Shown here one piece after another: positions 58,717-64,000 of a stretch of DNA of 64,000 nt. The first letter of the stretch is position 1, and every line of letters starts with the position of its first letter. The notes beneath the pieces are model-generated. The model made no database searches. It had not been told where the DNA came from and worked only from the letters and a program-made list of their open reading frames with translations. The stretch comes from an uncultured delta proteobacterium (GTDB lineage Bacteria > Desulfobacterota > Desulfobacteria > Desulfobacterales > JAFDCJ01), in the NCBI GenBank assembly GCA_963769935.1, contig CAVYNY010000014.1, forward strand, positions 84,392-148,391, in the 5' to 3' direction. Position numbers and translations under genes: made by a program.

Positions 58717-61053
58717 TTGAAAAAAGTACTGAAAATAGCCGTCCGCGATCTGGTTGCATATGTCCTGCGCTCTGGTGATTTAGCATTTGAATTTTTATCC
58801 TCAACCCGGCCCATTGAAGGCATTCGAATCCATCAGAAAATTCAGCAGTCCCGCCCGGAGGGTTATCAATCGGAGGTGGCAGTCTCTCACAACGTTGAAA
58901 CCGAACTTTTCACTCTGGTCATCGGGGGCCGAATCGACGGGATTCAGGTAACCCCCAATCGAATAGTAATCGAAGAAATTAAGACGACCGCCCGCAGCCT
59001 GGATCATTTTGAACATCACGAGGACGCCGCCCACTGGGGGCAACTCAAAAGCTACGCTTACATCTATGCCAAGAATCAAAACCTCCCCGAGTTGGATGCC
59101 CGGTTGACGTACTATCAGGTGGATACCGGTCAAATTATCAATTTTCAAAAACACTTCACCCTGGCTGAATTGGAATCATTTTTCCAGGATCTGGTGGCCA
59201 GGTATCTTCAATGGGCGCAAACCATCGTGCGCTGGCAACGATTGCGCGATACATCCATTGGCCGGCTTGAATTTCCATTTCCAGATTACCGCCCGGGGCA
59301 GCGCGAGATGGCGGTCGGTGTCTATCGGACTATTAAAAATAGGAGCCAGCTCCTGGTGCAGGCCGCCACCGGCATCGGCAAAACCATGGCGGCCGTTTTT
59401 TCGACCGTAAAAGCCCTCGGTGAAGACCTCAGCACCAAAATTTTTTATCTGACGGCCCGCACCACCGGACGTATCGCTGCGGAAAAAGCCCTGGACGAAT
59501 TACGCAAAAAAGATCTCAGACTCAAATCTCTGACCATCACCGCCAAAGAAAAAATCTGCTTCAATCCCGATGCTAGCTGCAATCCGGATGAATGTGAATT
59601 TGCCCGGGGTCACTTTGACCGCCTCAATGGCGCGCTTGCGGATATATTTCTGCAGGATGCCTTTACGCGCGAGGCGGTGGAGCAGGCCGCGCGATCCCAC
59701 CGGATCTGTCCGTTTGAATTTTCCCTCGAGTTGTCGCTCTGGGCGGAATGCATCATCTGCGATTATAACTACGCCTTTGACCCGCGCGTTTATTTGCGCC
59801 GCTTTTTCCTGGAAGAAACCGGTGATTTCACGTTCTTGATCGATGAAGCGCATAATCTGGTGGATCGCTCGCGGGAGATGTTCTCAGCCGAATTATTCAA
59901 ACAGCCCCTGCTGGATGTCCGTCGCGCAGTCCGGGGTGAGCTTTCCGGGGTGTACAAGAGCCTTGGAAAGATTAATGCCTGGATGATCAAGGCCGGGAAA
60001 AAATCTGACGCAGCCGCGCCGGTGTGGCACGAAAAAGAGCCGCCCGAGACGTTGCTGCCGCTGTTGCGCCGATTTCTCAGAATCACGGAACACTGGCTTT
60101 CCCGCAACCTTAAGCCGAGTTTTCGCGAAGATCTGCTCAACCTGTATTTTAAAATCTCCGGCTTTATGCGGGTGGCGGAACAATACGATGACAGTTACGC
60201 GACCTGCTATGAAAAAATCAAAAAGGATCTCAAGCTCAAGCTGTTTTGTATCGATCCGTCAATCGGGTTAAAAAATGCGCTGAACCGATGTATGGCAGCG
60301 ATTTTTTTTTCGGCCACCATGACGCCCATGGCATATTTTCAGAAGATCCTGGGCTGCAATGCCAGCGCCGCTCAGTTGATACTGACCTCCCCATTTCCTG
60401 CTGAAAATCTTGGGCTTTTTATCAGCAACCGGCTTTCCACCCTTTATCGGCAAAGACAGAGCACCAAGCAGCACATATCCCGGGCTATCTGCACCTTTGT
60501 TAATCAGAAAAAAGGCAATTATTTGATCTTCTTTCCGTCATATGAATATATGCGACTGATATTAGATACGTTTAATTCCGATTGCCCTGACCGCGAAACC
60601 ATTGTTCAAACCCCGGCCATGAGCGAACGCGAAAGAGACGAGTTTCTAAAGCGCTTCAGCCGGGATAATCCCGTATCTCTGCTGGGATTTGCCGTAATGG
60701 GAGGAATTTTCGGCGAAGGCATCGATCTGGTCGGCGAACGGCTATCGGGAGCAGTGGTGGTGGGAGTCGGTCTGCCCGGTATCTCCCTTGAAAGGGAATT
60801 GGTCCGTGAATATTTTGCCGCTACGTTGAATGCGGGCTTCGAGTTTGCCTACCAGTATCCGGGGATCAACCGGGTGCTTCAGGCCGCCGGTCGAGTGATT
60901 CGCAGCGAAACCGACCGGGGAGCCGTTCTGCTTATCGACCAGCGCTATGCGACCTATCGCTACCGATCACTTCTGCTCCCGGAGTGGACTCCTATCCAGG
61001 TAAAGAACCAGGAGCAGTTTGCCGGGGAGTTGCAGAAGTTCTGGCAAGGATAA
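58717..61053 (+). CDS. DinG/XPD-family Fe-S helicase with N-terminal PD-(D/E)XK nuclease domain
   Basis: H...GRIDG...IEEIKT...QLKSY nuclease motif; ATGIGKT, Cys cluster, DEAH, SAT, FFPSY, EGID and QAAGRVIR. Confidence 0.9.
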   Translation: MKKVLKIAVRDLVAYVLRSGDLAFEFLSSTRPIEGIRIHQKIQQSRPEGYQSEVAVSHNVETELFTLVIGGRIDGIQVTPNRIVIEEIKTTARSLDHFEHHEDAAHWGQLKSYAYIYAKNQNLPELDARLTYYQVDTGQIINFQKHFTLAELESFFQDLVARYLQWAQTIVRWQRLRDTSIGRLEFPFPDYRPGQREMAVGVYRTIKNRSQLLVQAATGIGKTMAAVFSTVKALGEDLSTKIFYLTARTTGRIAAEKALDELRKKDLRLKSLTITAKEKICFNPDASCNPDECEFARGHFDRLNGALADIFLQDAFTREAVEQAARSHRICPFEFSLELSLWAECIICDYNYAFDPRVYLRRFFLEETGDFTFLIDEAHNLVDRSREMFSAELFKQPLLDVRRAVRGELSGVYKSLGKINAWMIKAGKKSDAAAPVWHEKEPPETLLPLLRRFLRITEHWLSRNLKPSFREDLLNLYFKISGFMRVAEQYDDSYATCYEKIKKDLKLKLFCIDPSIGLKNALNRCMAAIFFSATMTPMAYFQKILGCNASAAQLILTSPFPAENLGLFISNRLSTLYRQRQSTKQHISRAICTFVNQKKGNYLIFFPSYEYMRLILDTFNSDCPDRETIVQTPAMSERERDEFLKRFSRDNPVSLLGFAVMGGIFGEGIDLVGERLSGAVVVGVGLPGISLERELVREYFAATLNAGFEFAYQYPGINRVLQAAGRVIRSETDRGAVLLIDQRYATYRYRSLLLPEWTPIQVKNQEQFAGELQKFWQG

Positions 61054-61056
61054 ATT

Positions 61057-61236
61057 CTATCTTTTATATTTTCCCATCAACTGAGCCTGAGCCAGAATGT
61101 GGCCCGCCATGGCGGCCTCAACCTGAGCCTTCGTAGCACCGGCATCCAAGGGCAGCATGGTATCGAGGGCGTAGAGCTTGAAATAATACCGGTGGGTTGC
61201 GCTCGGAGGGCAGGGACCGCCATAACCCAATCGGCG
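61057..61236 (-). pseudogene. 5'-truncated YbhB/YbcL (PEBP/Raf-kinase-inhibitor-like) remnant
   Basis: Manual translation RRLGYGGPCPPSATHRYYFKLYALDTMLPLDAGATKAQVEAAMAGHILAQAQLMGKYKR*; no in-frame start and no N-terminal DPDAP/HW region upstream. Confidence 0.85.
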
Positions 61237-61332
61237 CGTTGGATCAGAGGTCCGAGGGATTAATTGACAGCATAAAATAATAACAATATAATCAATTTAG
61301 AGTTTGTTCCCTAAAAAAACCGGGAGGTATCG

Positions 61333-61854
61333 GTGAAAACAATTATACCGGCGGTCGTATTTCTCATTGCCATGGCGGGTGCTTCTGATCTTAGTGCCCA
61401 AAAGCTGTATACCTGGACCGACGCCCAGGGAGTTGTCCACATAACCGATGGTCCGCCGCCCCAAAATGCCAAAGTGGAGAATATTACTAACTATCCCGCA
61501 AGAAGCCAGCAGGAAATGGATGCAGTTGAGCTTCAAAAACAGCAGCTGCGCGATAATTATAAACAATTTGAGGAACGTGAGGCTGCCCGGCGGGCAGCCA
61601 TAGAATCCCAAAAGGCCCAGCAACGGGCTCGGGAAGCGATGCTAAAGGTGCAGGAGCAAACCGAGTACAACCAGGAATACATCCGCCGGCTCAGCTCCAC
61701 CAAAGATAAAAGGAAGCAGTTTAGAAAAAAAATTGAACGGATAAAGAATGAAACCGCAGCCGCTCAGGCCGAAGCCAAGGCGGCCGAGCAGGAGGCTGAG
61801 GCAGCTGCCCAAAAAGCCCAGCAAGCGGCTGGCGAAGCAGGCGAAACGCAGTAA
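61333..61854 (+). CDS. Secreted DUF4124-domain protein
   Basis: GTG start after GGAGG; signal peptide followed by LYTWTDAQGVVHITDGPP and a coiled coil. Confidence 0.8.
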   Translation: MKTIIPAVVFLIAMAGASDLSAQKLYTWTDAQGVVHITDGPPPQNAKVENITNYPARSQQEMDAVELQKQQLRDNYKQFEEREAARRAAIESQKAQQRAREAMLKVQEQTEYNQEYIRRLSSTKDKRKQFRKKIERIKNETAAAQAEAKAAEQEAEAAAQKAQQAAGEAGETQ

Positions 61855-61856
61855 TC

Positions 61857-61930
61857 AGGAATGCAGAGACCAGAAGCCAGTGGACAGAGAACAGAGGATG
61901 GATGACGGAGGACGGATGACGGATGACAGA
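61857..61930. repeat. Heptamer tandem repeat arm (cagaRRc / gacggat type)
   Basis: cagagac cagaagc cagtgga cagagaa cagagga tggatga cggagga cggatga cggatga caga. Confidence 0.7.
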
Positions 61931-61978
61931 TTTGATTGAAGACGGCTTCCAGATGCCGGCAGCACGCAACCAGCTTTT

Positions 61979-64000
61979 TCCGGGTAGAGACAGAAGGTTG
62001 CCCTTCTGTCCCCCCCACAGACCCGTACGAGCGCGATTAACGCATACGGTTCCTCGAAGCATGGTTTCGCTACGCGTATCGGTGTACAATCCTTGGTTCC
62101 GGCAACGGGTAACGCTCCAGCAGACGGTTGAAGCGATCCCACGGCATGTGTTTTCCCCGTGATCTCCGGTTCAGCCACTTCCGCCACGACCGCTTGACCT
62201 GCAGGCAATAGCCTCTCAGGCTGCGGATGTTGCCTGTGATTCCGTAGTACCCGTAATGCCCGCGAAGCTTCAGACACAGCATCACCCACTGCTCCGCAAC
62301 CGGCATGTGACGGTTGACCTTGCACCACAGATACATCCGCTTTACTGCCTTCCTCAGCTTCTTGCCCGACGTCTTGCGCTTCACCACCCGATTGCCCTTC
62401 CGCGACTTGCCCCAGTAGTGGGTAAAGCCCAGAAAGTCAAAAACCTGCGGCTTTTGTCCCTTGCCTCCAGCTCGGCTGAAGTCCAGCAGCCGACTTTTGG
62501 CCTCCTGGATCGCAAGCCCATAACGCCCAAATCGCCCGGGAAGCTTCCCCCAGACTCTTTGGGCATCGCTGCGCTGCTCGAACACGATGACAAAGTCGTC
62601 GGCAAATCGGATCAACTCCGCCCTGCCGCCAAGTCGGGGCTGCACTTCATGCTCAAACCAGCTGTCCAGCACTTCGTGCAGATAGATGTTGGCCAGCAGC
62701 GGCGAAATCACTCCCCCTTGGGGCGTTCCCCGCCGCGGATAGTGCATCTGACCATCTTCCATTACCCCGGCTTTAAGCCACTTGCCCACCATCCGATTGA
62801 TCACACCGTCCCGCACCCGCTTGCTTACAAATCCCCGCACGTGCTCATGGCTCACCGTGTCGAAGTAGCTCTTGATGTCTACTTCCAACACCCAACACTG
62901 TGTCCCCATGCGCATGACCGCTCGCCAAAGCCTATCCAAGGCCTGGTGACCGCTGCGACCCGCCCGAAAGCCATACGAACAATCTAAAAAGTCCTGCTCG
63001 TATATCGGCGTCAACAGCATCACCACCGCTCGCTGAAGCACTTTGTCTTCCAACGTCGGTATGCCTATCGGTCGCTCGGCTTTACCCTCGGCTTCCTTTG
63101 GTATATATACCCGACGCACTGCCGGCGCACGGTAATTGCCCGACTTGAACCGCTCCAACAATGATGCCAGATTGGTCTCCAAATCCTGCTCATACTCGGC
63201 GGCCGTTACTTCATCCACGCCCGCCGCTCCATCCTTCCGCGTGCGCCGGTATGCCTCCCGAAGCCAGTCCATGTCCACATGGTACGACAGCGTTGTGAGC
63301 ACCGCCTGCGGCATCTGCTCCGCAAGTTGCGCTATCCGTTGCTGTTTCGTGTACACACTCACAGATCCCAACGTATCCTCCGTGTTGCCCACCAACGGCT
63401 CCATGCCCCGGCACGGCCCTTTCCTCGGCCGGCTCTCCCCGGGTCGGATTCACCGGCTTCCTCGGTACTATGACCGTGCTAAGACTCCCTGCCGTCATCC
63501 CCATGGGCTTCGTCGCCTCCGCCCACCGGTACCATTGCCCCTGCTCTTTTGCCTTCGTTTCTCCCGACAAGCCCTTGCAGGTTCGGTTCTTGCCGGACCC
63601 GGTGTTCTCGGCCTTTCCCCCGACGGCTCACCTTACCGGAATTCCTTGGCAATGGAACGGCGAGGGCCTCCCAGGTTCCTGGGGAGTCCTCTCGTGCCTT
63701 TGCCCCGCTCAAAAGACCCCGGCCGCGCCTCCCCGTCTCGCCACTAACGACAGTCAGGTGTTGCCCCCGCCAGGAAAACCACGAAGGCCGCAGCTACTTT
63801 GGTTATTTCGAGGCTGTTTCACGCGGCTTCAGCACTCGCTGTCTACGCTTCCAGATTCGGCTTTCCCTACACTGGCAAGACTCGCTCCCGGTGGGTGGCT
63901 AACCCTTGCCGGACGGGATTCGAACCCGCTGGACTCCTACGGCGTATTTCAAGAAGACCTACCGCCCCCTATCCCAACGCCCCAGGCTTAGCCTGGCGCG
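61979..64000 (-). mobile_element. Group II intron (probably bacterial class E type); 5' end at or just beyond the window edge
   Basis: After the RT ORF: DV gaaccgtatgcgttaatcgcgctcgtacgggtc, then DVI gacagaagg-gcaa-ccttctgtc and end ctacccgga. The minus strand begins cgcgccagg at 64000, resembling a GYGCG 5' end missing its first base. Confidence 0.9.
62070..63404 (-). CDS. ltrA: Group II intron reverse transcriptase/maturase without En domain
   Basis: GAAGVD, RPIGIPTLEDKVLQ, SYGFR, GTPQGGVISPLLANIYLH, RFADD, FDFLGF and X-domain LRGHYGYY; no HNH. Confidence 0.95.
   Translation of the reverse strand: MEPLVGNTEDTLGSVSVYTKQQRIAQLAEQMPQAVLTTLSYHVDMDWLREAYRRTRKDGAAGVDEVTAAEYEQDLETNLASLLERFKSGNYRAPAVRRVYIPKEAEGKAERPIGIPTLEDKVLQRAVVMLLTPIYEQDFLDCSYGFRAGRSGHQALDRLWRAVMRMGTQCWVLEVDIKSYFDTVSHEHVRGFVSKRVRDGVINRMVGKWLKAGVMEDGQMHYPRRGTPQGGVISPLLANIYLHEVLDSWFEHEVQPRLGGRAELIRFADDFVIVFEQRSDAQRVWGKLPGRFGRYGLAIQEAKSRLLDFSRAGGKGQKPQVFDFLGFTHYWGKSRKGNRVVKRKTSGKKLRKAVKRMYLWCKVNRHMPVAEQWVMLCLKLRGHYGYYGITGNIRSLRGYCLQVKRSWRKWLNRRSRGKHMPWDRFNRLLERYPLPEPRIVHRYA

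Noticed and set aside
58717..59200. cas4 gene
   Set aside because: The nuclease domain is fused to a DinG helicase, lacks the Cas4 Cys cluster, and has no cas1/cas2 or array nearby.
447..61824. Numerous antisense or overlapping ORFs in the six-frame track
   Set aside because: They are shadow frames of well-supported genes with no motifs or RBS.
62070..63404. Retron, DGR or defence-associated RT
   Set aside because: A maturase X domain, DV/DVI RNA directly downstream and an intron-like 5' region identify a group II intron.
63136..63991. ORFs overlapping the intron 5' region
   Set aside because: They lie within structured intron domains I-IV or antisense to them and have no protein motifs.

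Overview
Chromosomal window with mostly housekeeping and accessory genes, probably from a Desulfobacterales-like deltaproteobacterium (inferred from gene content, several sigma54 promoters and the intergenic repeat families). It holds about 55 CDS: a PAS/GAF histidine kinase, an M20 peptidase, a secreted FG-GAP/PKD protein, a sigma54-driven dynamin/EHD-like GTPase-acyltransferase cluster, an ArdC-like HExxH protease, AMP nucleosidase, a 2-oxoacid oxidoreductase operon with a GltD-like/delta fusion, a gcvT-glyA fusion broken by two +1 insertions, Lhr and nuclease-DinG helicases, and a marR-dsrE-tusA-narI-like-CCG sulfur module. Two sigma54 activators with complementary missing domains lie in tandem, and a nearly complete group II intron occupies the right edge. 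The best candidates for undescribed systems are (1) the split bEBP pair, (2) the MarR-linked sulfur-relay/membrane reductase operon, (3) the dynamin/lipid acyltransferase operon, (4) the clamp-motif ArdC/SprT-like protease and (5) a possible selenocysteine-recoded zinc-ribbon protein. No rRNA, tRNA or CRISPR array was recognised. Three single-base insertions in conserved genes suggest possible sequencing errors. All calls come from motif reading only; no searches were run.
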